NCBI GenBank assembly: GCA_963663035.1
Contig: OY760074.1
Span: 1,056,001-1,120,000 of the forward strand
Direction: 5' to 3'
Origin: Acidobacteriota bacterium
GTDB lineage: Bacteria > Acidobacteriota > UBA6911 > RPQK01 > JADFOI01
DNA length: 64,000 nt
A program made the translations under genes and the position numbers. Positions 37,638 through 47,612 of the stretch are shown one piece after another; the stretch's first letter is position 1, and each line of letters begins with the position of its first letter. The notes under the pieces are model-generated. The model was given only the letters and a program-made list of their open reading frames with translations. It was not told the DNA's origin and did no database searches.

Positions 37638-39858
37638 AATAGAACAGATTTTTCCCTCTGCTTCCTTCATCGCTCACGCAAGAGCGGTTTGCACCGCAGC
37701 TCTGACCTTTATCATAGTATTTTTCGGGTGCCTGCCGGTCACGGCACGGGGTCTTCAACAGGCGAATCCTGAGGAGGAATCTCCGAAACTGGAGCTCTTT
37801 GCCCGCCGTACGGACGCGCCCATCAATCTGGACGGCGTCCTGGACGAGCCCATCTGGGCGGAAGTTGAGCCCGCCACCGATTTTATCCAGCGGGAACCTG
37901 TTCAGGGAGATCCTGCCTCGGAGAAAACCGAAGTGAGGGTTGTCTATGATGAGGAAGCCATTTACTTCGGGGTGTCCGCTTACGATTCCGAAGCGCCTAA
38001 ATTCATCATCAATAGTCTCAAGCAGGATTTTGCTCATACCAACAGTGATGGGGCCTCCTTTTACATAGACACCTTTGATGATGACCGCAACGCCTTCGGT
38101 TTTTACATCAACCCTGCCGGAGCCATGAGGGAAATGCAGTCCTTCGATGAGGGGAGGGAGCAGAATATCGCCTGGGAAGGTGTGTGGGACGTTAAGACGA
38201 CAATCACAGAAGAAGGATGGTTTGGAGAGGTCAGAATCCCTTTCAAGTCGTTAAGATTTCCAAGATCGAAGGTGCAAACCTGGGGCCTCAATCTGCAAAG
38301 GCGCATCCGACGGAAGAACGAGCAGAGCTTTTGGGCTCCGATGCCTCGCCGTTTTACCGCCTTTTATATGTCTTACGCTGGAACCTTAAGAGGGATGGAG
38401 GATGTTGAACCCGGACAGAATTTCAAGGTGAAGCCCTATGTGAGTACAGAGTTCCGTAAATTTAGTGGAGATGATTTTGACACCTTCGGCGATGCCGGGC
38501 TGGATCTCAAGTACGGCCTCACCTCCAATCTCACCCTGGATGGCACGGTCAACACCGATTTCTCGCAGGTGGAGGTGGATCAGCAGCAAATTAACCTGAC
38601 CCGGTTCAGCTTGTTTTTCCCCGAGAAACGCGACTTTTTCCTGGAGAACTCGGGTCTTTTCCTCTTTGGTCAGATTGACCGGCGCGCCCAGGGTTCGCGC
38701 GACTTCCTTGCCTTCTTCAGCCGCCGTATCGGTCTTTCTTCTGACAGACAGCCGGTGCCCATTCTGGCAGGAGCCCGCCTGAGTGGACGTGCCGGGAAAT
38801 TCAGCGTGGGCATGTTGAATATGCAGACTCGGGAAGCCCGCTCCGATCCCGCCAACAATTTCTCCGTGGTGAGTATTAAAAGGAACATTCTGAGTCAGTC
38901 GGAACTGGGGGCCTTGTTCGTTAACCGCCAGTCGGATCAGTCCGGAGACTTCAATCGAACTTTCGGTGTGGATGCCAATTTCCATTTCTGGAACCAGCTT
39001 CGAGTGAGCGGTTTTTTGGCCGCCACCAGAACGCCGGGGCTGGAGACCGAGGACATGGCCAGCCGGGTCTGGGTCGAGTGGAGAACCAACGATTGGCAGG
39101 CACGCACCGGCTACCTGGATATTGAAGAAAACTTCAATCCCGAGGTGGGATTTGTACCCCGCCGGGACATGCGAAAAAGTGATAGCGCACTTGCCTGGAC
39201 TCCACGTCCCAGAAGCATTTCCTGGATCAGGCAGTTTAATCCCAACCTCCGGATGCAATACATCGAGGACCAGGAGGGCCGTCTGGAGACTCGAATCGTT
39301 AATCTGAACTTTCAGATCGGCTTTGAGGATGGAGGAAGCTTTCAGGTGGGTCGGGCACTCAGGTTCGAGAGGGAGGATGCGCAGTTCAGCATTGGTGGGC
39401 TGGACCTTGATCCTGGAGATTACCATTTCAACGATGTGTCCATCCAATATCGCTCCAATCCCAGTTCTACCCTGTCGGGAAGTGTGCGATATCAATCAGG
39501 TGATTTCTGGAATGGTACCCGTAAGGGCGTGCAGATCAGCCTCGCCTACAAACCCCATTACAAATTCACTATGACGGGCAGCTTTCAGAGGGACGACCTG
39601 AAGTTGAGCCAGGGCGACGTGACCACTCGACTGGTCAATACGCGCCTGGACTACTCCTTTAGCACCCAGATGTTTCTGAGCGCCTTGATTCAATACAGTA
39701 GTCAGCAGCGCCAGGTGACCTCAAACCTTCGCTTCAACCTGATCCATCGTCCCCTGAGTGATATCTTCATCGTTTACAACGAAGCGCGAGACGCTTTCCA
39801 GGATGGTGAAGCAGATAAGTCTTTGACTCTCAAGTACACCTATATGCTCGACTTTTAG
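37621..39858 (+). CDS. DUF5916 / CBM9-like outer-membrane beta-barrel protein
   Basis: LDGVLDEPIW, NTDFSQVEVD, NLTRFSLFFPEKRDFFLE, terminal F. Start uncertain (TTG 37621 chosen). Confidence 0.85.
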   Translation: MYLRTEIEQIFPSASFIAHARAVCTAALTFIIVFFGCLPVTARGLQQANPEEESPKLELFARRTDAPINLDGVLDEPIWAEVEPATDFIQREPVQGDPASEKTEVRVVYDEEAIYFGVSAYDSEAPKFIINSLKQDFAHTNSDGASFYIDTFDDDRNAFGFYINPAGAMREMQSFDEGREQNIAWEGVWDVKTTITEEGWFGEVRIPFKSLRFPRSKVQTWGLNLQRRIRRKNEQSFWAPMPRRFTAFYMSYAGTLRGMEDVEPGQNFKVKPYVSTEFRKFSGDDFDTFGDAGLDLKYGLTSNLTLDGTVNTDFSQVEVDQQQINLTRFSLFFPEKRDFFLENSGLFLFGQIDRRAQGSRDFLAFFSRRIGLSSDRQPVPILAGARLSGRAGKFSVGMLNMQTREARSDPANNFSVVSIKRNILSQSELGALFVNRQSDQSGDFNRTFGVDANFHFWNQLRVSGFLAATRTPGLETEDMASRVWVEWRTNDWQARTGYLDIEENFNPEVGFVPRRDMRKSDSALAWTPRPRSISWIRQFNPNLRMQYIEDQEGRLETRIVNLNFQIGFEDGGSFQVGRALRFEREDAQFSIGGLDLDPGDYHFNDVSIQYRSNPSSTLSGSVRYQSGDFWNGTRKGVQISLAYKPHYKFTMTGSFQRDDLKLSQGDVTTRLVNTRLDYSFSTQMFLSALIQYSSQQRQVTSNLRFNLIHRPLSDIFIVYNEARDAFQDGEADKSLTLKYTYMLDF

Positions 39859-39869
39859 AGGAGGCCGCT

Positions 39870-41093
39870 ATGGCTAAATGTCTACTCCTTGTCTCAATGC
39901 TCCTTTGCTTCTCTTCGAACTGGGGACTGGGTCAGCAGGGGGGAGGAGAGGAGCCTCGCCAAAACCGGGGCGGTAATACGGGGACTCAGGAACGTCGTCG
40001 GACTATCAGGAACGGCAGGCCCATGTACCTCACTGGAACAGTCATCCTGGACGATGGCGGGAAACCCGGGGAGCCGGTGCAGATCGAATTACTCTGCCAG
40101 AGTGAAGTAATCGCACAGGTCTATGCCTCCAGCGGAGGCACTTTCATCCTTCAGGCTAACGCGACCCGAGGTTCTCCGGATACCCTGCAGCCATTGGATG
40201 CTTCAATCTCAACCCTCTCTGCCGTCCCCCTCAACTCCACCATGGACAGGAACAACTCCTTCTTTGGGGAGGGCCTGGGGCCAGGGCGTGACGAGTCACT
40301 GAATCTCAGCGGCTGTGAATTGCAGGCAAAATTACCGGGTTACCGCTCGGACAGGATTCTCCTCGGTGCTCGGCGACTTCTGGATAGCCCCGACGTAGGC
40401 GAGGTGGTTTTGCACTCGAACACCAGAGCGAAGAGTGCCACCGTCAGCGTAAAGAGCCTGGCCGCACCAAAAGAAGCCAGAAAAGCTCACCAGGAAGCCC
40501 TGAAAGAGTTGGGCAAGGAGGAAATAAACTTCTCCAAGGCCATTGAAGAGCTGGAGAAGGCCGTGCAGATTTATCCCGAATTTGCCAACGCCTGGTTATT
40601 GCTGGGTGAGATTTCGCTGACCCAGGAAGATCAGGCTGCCGCCCGCAAGTACTTTGAGCAGGCGCTGGCCGCTGACTCGGAGTACGCTAACCCGTATATC
40701 TCCCTGGCTATGTTGGAACTGGAGGAGGAGCGGTGGGAAGAAGCGGCGCAGTGGTGTCGCCAGGCTCTCGAGCTCGACTCTCAATTGGTCAGGGCCCATT
40801 ACTACAATGCTCTGGCCCATAGCTCTTTGGGCAAATTGGATGTCGTGGAAGAGTCGATCTTGCTGATCCACCAGAGCAGTCAAGCCCAGGACTACCCTTT
40901 GACCCACTACATACTGGCCTGGATTCTGTCAGAGAAAGGAGACTTTCTCTCCGCCGCTGCTCAGCTGCGTCACTATCTGGATAGCAACCCCATCCCGCAG
41001 ATTGCAGCGGAGCTGAAAGACCAATTGGCCCAGTGGGAGGAGCAGGGCCTGATTCCCCTTGCAGAGAGTGCAGAGCCACAAGCACAGGATTGA
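39870..41093 (+). CDS. secreted TPR repeat protein
   Basis: Signal peptide; TVSVKSLAAPKEARK followed by TPRs. Confidence 0.8.
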   Translation: MAKCLLLVSMLLCFSSNWGLGQQGGGEEPRQNRGGNTGTQERRRTIRNGRPMYLTGTVILDDGGKPGEPVQIELLCQSEVIAQVYASSGGTFILQANATRGSPDTLQPLDASISTLSAVPLNSTMDRNNSFFGEGLGPGRDESLNLSGCELQAKLPGYRSDRILLGARRLLDSPDVGEVVLHSNTRAKSATVSVKSLAAPKEARKAHQEALKELGKEEINFSKAIEELEKAVQIYPEFANAWLLLGEISLTQEDQAAARKYFEQALAADSEYANPYISLAMLELEEERWEEAAQWCRQALELDSQLVRAHYYNALAHSSLGKLDVVEESILLIHQSSQAQDYPLTHYILAWILSEKGDFLSAAAQLRHYLDSNPIPQIAAELKDQLAQWEEQGLIPLAESAEPQAQD

Positions 41094-41128
41094 GTACGCC
41101 TTTCTTTTGAGCCGCCCGTCCCTTCTAG

Positions 41129-42767
41129 CCCGGATTATTCATAAATTCTGAAGAAGGGGTCTGATCGAGGGCACAAAAAGATGCCGTACCTCTTTGATAT
41201 AAAAGGGGTTATGAAACAACTCCAAACCAAAAAGGTACGGCCCAGCGATGCATCAGTCTGCCAGATCAACTTGCCATCTCACCCTGACAGAAAAGTGGTG
41301 GCTCGATTCGATGGAGGCCGGCTCTCCTCCGATGCCGGGCTGCTGTGTCTGTACGCCCTGGATCAACAGCACGGACTGACGGCTGGCTTTGCCTCCTGCC
41401 TGAAGGACGCTCGAGATAGCCGCTACGTCCGCCACCAGATTCGCGAACTGCTCACCCAGCGCAGCTTTCAGATCGTGGCCGGCTATGAGGACTGCAACGA
41501 TGCCGACAGCTTGCGCTCGGATCCCATCTTCAAGACCGTGTGTGATCGGCTGCCGGAAAGCGATCCGGATCTGGCTTCTCAACCCACGCTGTCGCGACTG
41601 GAGAACTCGGTGGACTCGAAGGATCTCACTCGCCTGGGACAGTGGCTGCTGGAGACCTACTTGAAGCACCGCAAGAAGAGCCGGCCCGAGAAGATCATCC
41701 TGGACATCGACAGCACGGATGACGTCACGCATGGGCAGCAGGAGTTCAGCTTTTACCACGGCTATTATCGCGAGCACATGTATCATCCGCTGTTGCTATT
41801 CGATGGCGAGACGGGCGATCTGGTATGTGCGCTACTGCGGCCCGGCAACCAGGGGGCGGCCGCCCACGCGGTGGCGGTTCTCAAACGGGTGGTGGCCCGG
41901 ATGCGCCAGGTTCTGGGATCCGATGTTCCGATCGAAGTGCGAGCCGACAGTGGCTTTGCGACGCCGGCACTGTACGAGTTCTGTGAGGAGGAAAAACTGC
42001 AGTATGTGGTGGGCTTTGCCCGCAACTCCCGGCTGGCGGCCACCGTCGAGCCCTTGGTTGAGCAGGTGCAAGCAGACTATGACGACTCAGGAGAAAAGCA
42101 ACGCCAGTTCACCGAGCTCGTCTATCAGGCCGACAGTTGGGACCGGGAGCGGCGCATGGTGGCCAAGGTGGAAGTGAGCGAGCGCGGGTTCAACCGTCGC
42201 TTTGTGGTCACCAACCGCCAGGATCTCACGGCCGGGCAGCTGTATGACCACTACATCGGACGGGGCCAGTGCGAGAACTTCGTGAAAGCTTTCAAAAAAG
42301 ATCTGGCCATGGATCGCTTGAGCTGCCACCGTTTCCTGGCCAACCAGTTCCGACTCTTCATCCACGCCCTGGCCTATGTCTTAATCCTGCGCCTGCGGGA
42401 TTACCTGTGCGGGACTCCCTGGCACAACCTGGAGATTGAGACGCTCCGCCGCCGCCTGTTCAAAATCGGTGCCCGGGTTCGGGAAACTTCTCGTCGCATC
42501 TGGGTGCACCTGGCATCGTCTTATCCCGAACAAAAGCTCTTCGCATTACTGATGCACCGTCTGTGTCCCACCTGACGGTCCCCTGACTCCCTGCGCCAAC
42601 ACAGATATACAGCCCCCTGCGGGCCGAGCTGTTTCCGGAAGGGGCTCTCGCTTCATCTCTATTCGGCTCAACAAGCTTGGACGCCTTGTAATCGCACCTG
42701 AACACACTCTCAGCCCTGAACTTCCGCAGAAAATCGACACTCACCCCAAACTTATGAATAATTGCGG
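41129..42767 (+). mobile_element. complete IS1380-family insertion sequence
   Basis: TIRs CCCGGATTATTCATAAATT / CCGCAATTATTCATAAGTT (15 of 19 match); CTAG on both flanks (41125-41128, 42768-42771). Confidence 0.9.
41181..42575 (+). CDS. IS1380-family DDE transposase
   Basis: FDGGRLSSDAG, GYEDCND, LASQPTLSRLEN, LDIDST, RADSGF, RGQCEN. Confidence 0.95.
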   Translation: MPYLFDIKGVMKQLQTKKVRPSDASVCQINLPSHPDRKVVARFDGGRLSSDAGLLCLYALDQQHGLTAGFASCLKDARDSRYVRHQIRELLTQRSFQIVAGYEDCNDADSLRSDPIFKTVCDRLPESDPDLASQPTLSRLENSVDSKDLTRLGQWLLETYLKHRKKSRPEKIILDIDSTDDVTHGQQEFSFYHGYYREHMYHPLLLFDGETGDLVCALLRPGNQGAAAHAVAVLKRVVARMRQVLGSDVPIEVRADSGFATPALYEFCEEEKLQYVVGFARNSRLAATVEPLVEQVQADYDDSGEKQRQFTELVYQADSWDRERRMVAKVEVSERGFNRRFVVTNRQDLTAGQLYDHYIGRGQCENFVKAFKKDLAMDRLSCHRFLANQFRLFIHALAYVLILRLRDYLCGTPWHNLEIETLRRRLFKIGARVRETSRRIWVHLASSYPEQKLFALLMHRLCPT

Positions 42768-43514
42768 CTAGGAGCCCATACGGGATAAGAGCACCAACCC
42801 GGTGAGTGCCAAAACCGACAGCACGATCTTACGAAACAGTTGCTCGTTGATCCTTTTCTGGAGTCCAAGGGTCAGAAAAACCATGGGGCCCGCCAGAGCC
42901 GCAGCGGCAAAGGCCAGAAGGAAGAGACGGGGCGTATAGATTCCGACCCAGATCAGCGAACCCACTTGAATAGTGTCCACCATCACAAAAAAGATGTTAA
43001 TCAAAAAGAGAAAGGCTGCCCTGGGCAGCTGCAGCTGGTAAAAGAAGACGGTAACCACGGGAGCCGAGGTTCCCGTTGCTCCCTGCAGAGTGCCGGCCAA
43101 CAAGCCGACCACGGCCCCCCATCGGGTGGCAAAGCGATCACTCAGACGGGGCAGGAGATGAAACCAGGAAATGACCACAAAGAGCAGTACACCCAATCCC
43201 AGCCCCGCTTTTAACAGCCCCTGGTCGACACGAATAAGAATTTGAGTGCCGATGAGGACGCCGGCCATTCCTGCCACAATCATGGGAATAAAGCGGAGTG
43301 CCTGACGCCACTCGCTGCGGTAGGAATAGAGAATGGGCATGTCCGAGAGTGCGGTGGGGAGAATTGCCACGGCAATAGCAGTGGGAAGATCGTAAAGCAC
43401 CGCGAGGATGGGTGTGGCCACCACGGGCAGACCAATGCCACTAATGCCCTTGGTGGCCCCCGCCAGCAGAATAGCAAGTGCCCCAATTAGCAATCTGAAA
43501 TCGATTTGATCCAT
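42768..43514 (-). CDS. sulfite exporter TauE/SafE family protein
   Basis: KGISGIG..VATP, GLLAGTLQGATG; about 8 TM. Confidence 0.85.
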   Translation of the reverse strand: MDQIDFRLLIGALAILLAGATKGISGIGLPVVATPILAVLYDLPTAIAVAILPTALSDMPILYSYRSEWRQALRFIPMIVAGMAGVLIGTQILIRVDQGLLKAGLGLGVLLFVVISWFHLLPRLSDRFATRWGAVVGLLAGTLQGATGTSAPVVTVFFYQLQLPRAAFLFLINIFFVMVDTIQVGSLIWVGIYTPRLFLLAFAAAALAGPMVFLTLGLQKRINEQLFRKIVLSVLALTGLVLLSRMGS

Positions 43515-43535
43515 CGGCAGCAGGCGGCTAAAGCC

Positions 43536-45191
43536 TCACTGACAGGTAAAATTACCCTCCACCCAGTTGGCGGGATCGTTCTCCCCACCGGCAGGGCCGG
43601 TGTAGACAGCCAGTTCCGGGTAAGCGCAAAGGCGCCGCTCGTTATCGACGACCTCATCAGTGCTGTGGGTGGCGACCACGTACTCAGGGGCATTGCCATT
43701 CTCCACCCAATCCACCAGCGGTGCTAACTTATCCCACTCGTTGGGGCCCACTCCACCCCGGCAGTGCCCCATCCCCGGGGCCATAAACAGCCTGGTGTGG
43801 TCCCTGGCCGCCTCGATATCTCCCTCGAAAGTGGTCGTGACGACGTCCTTATAGTAATCAACAGTGGGCTCAGCGTGGCAGCCGGGATCGCTCCAACCGT
43901 GGTAGAGGATCAGCTTGCCGTTGTTTTTCAGAAGAAATCGCTCTAAATCCGGGTCGGTGGCGTCGGTGATGGATTTCATCAGATCGCCCAGACCTGCTGT
44001 GTAGTCGTCAATATTGAATTCCCACCAGGACCACTCGGGCGGCATCCTGGACTTATCCGGAGTCTGGGAGAGATCAGTGGGGTCCGGCATGGAGACACCC
44101 GGGTCGTTTTCATAAAAGAGGTAATTGATGTGAGTACCGGCATAGCCCAGGTGGTCAGGCAACCTTTCGTTGCCCGCATGGGGAATGACGTTAGCCGGCC
44201 ACCCGAACTCCGAACCCAAAGCTAAGCCCTTTAAAACGGAAACCCCATTGGAGTCGTAGGCACCGGAATAGATATCCTTGATGGTCTGTAGCTGCACGGT
44301 GGTGAAACAGTCGTCGGCGTTCACATTACCGGCGCACATCATGGCAGCCAGATCCGCCTCCGGGTCAAATTCGCAGCTGAGTGGATTATCAATGACGCCG
44401 TCAGTGATCCCGTCATTGGCATCGCATTTGTCCAGCACTGCTTCCTGCAGCATCTCCAGCTTATTGAGGCTGTCAAAGGAGCCATCACCGTTGGTGTCAA
44501 AAGCCAGGTTGCCCTCAAAGTCATTTTGAAACACCTTCTGCAGCATCCAGGCATGGCTGACATTCAAGGCCTGGTAATGATTCACCGGAGCTCCGGCCAC
44601 GATCCCGTCAAAATCATAGGGGAATCGTTGCGCTTCTGTCAGGCCCTGCATTCCACCCGTTGAGCAGCCCTCGAAGTAGGAATATTCAGGAGCCTCATCG
44701 TAATAAGCCTCAATGAGGGTCTGGGAGGCGTTGGCGGTGAGATGAACCGCCCGCCAGCCGAAATCAATTTCCGCTTGCCGGTTGTTGAAGCCAAAGGAAG
44801 CTGCTGGTTCTGATCCGTTGTCGTGACCCGTATTGCTGTTGGCTACCGCATAACCTTCGGCAACCCGGTGATCGGCGAAATCCAGGTCTCCGTCTTTTCC
44901 GCCATCTCCCCATTGTAAGAACCGGCTATTCCAGTTCTCCGGCATGGGAAGCTGGACGTGAAAGAGAATGGCAGGCGAGATGCTCCCTTTGACATAGCAG
45001 TATTGCGGTGTCGACTCGGTAGCAGGGACCAAGGCAGCCGAGGTAATGTTCAAATTACGTATCTCGGTGAGTGCCAGGCAAGCCAATTCGTCTTCCGAGA
45101 AGGCCTGATCTCCCATCAGACCACTGCAACCAACCAGAACCCAGGCAACGGCTACTAACAAAAGCGATGTGACGTACCCGCTCCATCTCAT
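43536..45191 (-). CDS. tannase/feruloyl esterase family lipoprotein (paralog of 16312-17967)
   Basis: LVGC lipobox, GCSTGG, HGWSD, PGMGHC. Confidence 0.9.
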   Translation of the reverse strand: MRWSGYVTSLLLVAVAWVLVGCSGLMGDQAFSEDELACLALTEIRNLNITSAALVPATESTPQYCYVKGSISPAILFHVQLPMPENWNSRFLQWGDGGKDGDLDFADHRVAEGYAVANSNTGHDNGSEPAASFGFNNRQAEIDFGWRAVHLTANASQTLIEAYYDEAPEYSYFEGCSTGGMQGLTEAQRFPYDFDGIVAGAPVNHYQALNVSHAWMLQKVFQNDFEGNLAFDTNGDGSFDSLNKLEMLQEAVLDKCDANDGITDGVIDNPLSCEFDPEADLAAMMCAGNVNADDCFTTVQLQTIKDIYSGAYDSNGVSVLKGLALGSEFGWPANVIPHAGNERLPDHLGYAGTHINYLFYENDPGVSMPDPTDLSQTPDKSRMPPEWSWWEFNIDDYTAGLGDLMKSITDATDPDLERFLLKNNGKLILYHGWSDPGCHAEPTVDYYKDVVTTTFEGDIEAARDHTRLFMAPGMGHCRGGVGPNEWDKLAPLVDWVENGNAPEYVVATHSTDEVVDNERRLCAYPELAVYTGPAGGENDPANWVEGNFTCQ

Positions 45192-45237
45192 GATAATCCC
45201 CCTTCGAAACGTTTAGAAATGCTGTTGTAGATGCTAG

Positions 45238-45267
45238 ATGATAGAGACGAGTTCAGGAAATTGTCAA
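45238..45267 (-). promoter_or_regulatory. sigma70 promoter TTGACA-18-TATCAT
   Basis: Near-consensus hexamers about 47 nt upstream of the tannase start. Confidence 0.6.
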
Positions 45268-45349
45268 CAGAAACTCCTGGCGGTGGCGGGAGGCGACACG
45301 GGAAGGGATCGTTCATCCGTGCTGTGCCAGCTTATCCTGTTGCCTTTGA

Positions 45350-47602
45350 GTGCCTGAGCGCTTAACATGGCACCTAATGATCGACTTACTGTCTGGCGGG
45401 ATAGCACGGTCGGTTAAACCATACTCCATCACCCAATCCGGGAGACACCTCGGTCTCCTGCTTCTGGCCACAGTGTGCTGTTCCTTTGTTGGGGCCAGAG
45501 CCGCCACACAAAACGTCGAGCCTCAAACTGACAGGACAGCGACAGCCCTGCGCATCGACTCAGAGATCAGAATTGATGGCGAACTGGATGAGGCGGCCTG
45601 GAGTCGAGTCGAGCCTGCCACCGGTTTCATCCAACAAGAGCCACAGACGGGAGCGCCCAGCACCGAACGCACTGAAGTGCGATTTCTCTATGATGACGAA
45701 AATCTTTACGTGGGAATCAAGTGTTTTGATTCAGACGGAGAGAAGGGAATCGTGGTCACCAATGTGCGCCGGGATTTCAGCCCATTTGAAGGGGATTACT
45801 TTGGGCTGCTTCTGGATACTTTTGACAATGATCGCGACGCCTTTGTGTTTGGAGTCAATCCCAGAGCTGCCAAGAGAGACGGGCAAATGGCTGGAAATGG
45901 CGAAAGCTCCAACTTTGACTGGGACGGCATTTGGTCTGTGAGGAGCAAAATCACCGAAGAGGGTTGGCAGGCAGAAATGGCAATCCCTTTCAAGACCCTG
46001 CGCTTCCGAGAAAGCGAGCGTCAGGTGTGGGGGCTGAATCTCACGCGAAAGATTCGCCGTAAGAACGAGGACGCTCACTGGGCACCCATTCCCCGGCCCT
46101 TCCGAATCAACCGGATCTCATTGGGCGGTGCTTTGGAAGGCCTCAGCAGCATTCGTCAGGGCCGCAATCTCTATGTCAAACCTTACATCTCCATGCCGGT
46201 GCTGCGCCGGGAGCAGGACGACGTCGATCTTGTTCCGGAGGCCGGCCTGGATCTCAAGTATGGGGTAACCTCGGGTGTCACCCTCGACCTGACTGTGAAC
46301 ACGGACTTTGCACAGGTGGAAGCGGATCAGCAACAGATCAATTTGACTCGATTCAGCCTCTTTTTTCCCGAGAAGCGTGAATTTTTCCTGGAAAATCGCG
46401 CCATTTTCGAATTCGGAAAGTCGATCAGGGAATGGGGTGCGAGCGGGCGTGATGTCATTGCTTTCTTCAGTCGCCGGATTGGAATTGAAGGGGGGCAGTT
46501 GGTTCCTATCCTGGCCGGCGCCCGCCTCAGCGGGACCATAGGAAAGTATCGCGTGGGGTTCATCTCCATGCAGACAGATCACTTTCAAGCCACTCCTTCA
46601 ACCAACTTCTCAGTCACTCGTGTCCGTCGCGACATTTTTGGAACTTCAAACATCGGCGGGTTGCTGGTCAATAAGCAAGTTGGAGCCGGACCCATGAACC
46701 GCACCTTCGGTGTGGATACCAATATGAAGTTTGATGCTCTCAATATCTCTTCCTATCTCCTGAAAACCGAGACCTCAGGGGAAGACGGACAGGATATGGC
46801 TGGTGACTTCAGTGCGTCATGGAGGGATCGGCTTTTTGACGCTCGTGCTGAATTTACCTCTGTCCAGGAAAAGTTTAACCCTGAAGTGGGGTTCGTACCC
46901 CGCGTGGGGATTCGAAAAAGCAGAGGCAGCTTGACTTATAAACCCAGACCCGGGGAGCGGATCCCCTGGATTCGCGAAATTCGGCCTTCCCTTCAGATCA
47001 ACTACATCACCGACCAGGACAATGTGCTCGAGACTCGAGTGTTACAGGGGGGTCTCAATATTGATTTTCAGAACAGCTCAGTTTTCAGCGTGAGTGCTGA
47101 AGACAATTTCGAACGATTGGACCAGGAGTTTCCCATCCGCAGCGGTCAAGCTATTGATATAGGAGATTATCAATTTCACGAGTACTCCTTCTCCTATACC
47201 AGCGACCGGAGTCGATTCTTTAGCGGTAACGCACGCGCGTCTACGGGTGGTTTCTGGGACGGCGACAGGGATTCCTACAGCTTGGGACTGCGTGTCCAGC
47301 CAGCCTATCAAGTCAGAGCCGATGTGTCCTGGACTCACAATGACATTGACTTGCCTTCCGGCGACTTTACCACCGATCTGGTGAATACTCGGCTGAGCTA
47401 TTCCTTTAATACAGATCTGTTTCTCAACGCTCTGATCCAGTACAACAGTACCCGTAAAGAAATCTCCAGCAACATCCGCTTCAATTTCATTTACAAGCCT
47501 TTGAGTGATATCTTCCTGGTTTACAACGAGAGGCGAGCTACCACTGGAGAAGTCATAGAGAGGGCCCTCATTACCAAGATCACCTATATCTTCAGCTTTT
47601 AG
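45350..47602 (+). CDS. DUF5916 / CBM9-like outer-membrane beta-barrel protein (second paralog)
   Basis: IDGELDEAAW, NTDFAQVEAD, NLTRFSLFFPEKREFFLE, terminal F; start uncertain. Confidence 0.85.
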   Translation: MPERLTWHLMIDLLSGGIARSVKPYSITQSGRHLGLLLLATVCCSFVGARAATQNVEPQTDRTATALRIDSEIRIDGELDEAAWSRVEPATGFIQQEPQTGAPSTERTEVRFLYDDENLYVGIKCFDSDGEKGIVVTNVRRDFSPFEGDYFGLLLDTFDNDRDAFVFGVNPRAAKRDGQMAGNGESSNFDWDGIWSVRSKITEEGWQAEMAIPFKTLRFRESERQVWGLNLTRKIRRKNEDAHWAPIPRPFRINRISLGGALEGLSSIRQGRNLYVKPYISMPVLRREQDDVDLVPEAGLDLKYGVTSGVTLDLTVNTDFAQVEADQQQINLTRFSLFFPEKREFFLENRAIFEFGKSIREWGASGRDVIAFFSRRIGIEGGQLVPILAGARLSGTIGKYRVGFISMQTDHFQATPSTNFSVTRVRRDIFGTSNIGGLLVNKQVGAGPMNRTFGVDTNMKFDALNISSYLLKTETSGEDGQDMAGDFSASWRDRLFDARAEFTSVQEKFNPEVGFVPRVGIRKSRGSLTYKPRPGERIPWIREIRPSLQINYITDQDNVLETRVLQGGLNIDFQNSSVFSVSAEDNFERLDQEFPIRSGQAIDIGDYQFHEYSFSYTSDRSRFFSGNARASTGGFWDGDRDSYSLGLRVQPAYQVRADVSWTHNDIDLPSGDFTTDLVNTRLSYSFNTDLFLNALIQYNSTRKEISSNIRFNFIYKPLSDIFLVYNERRATTGEVIERALITKITYIFSF

Positions 47603-47612
47603 GAGGGAAATT

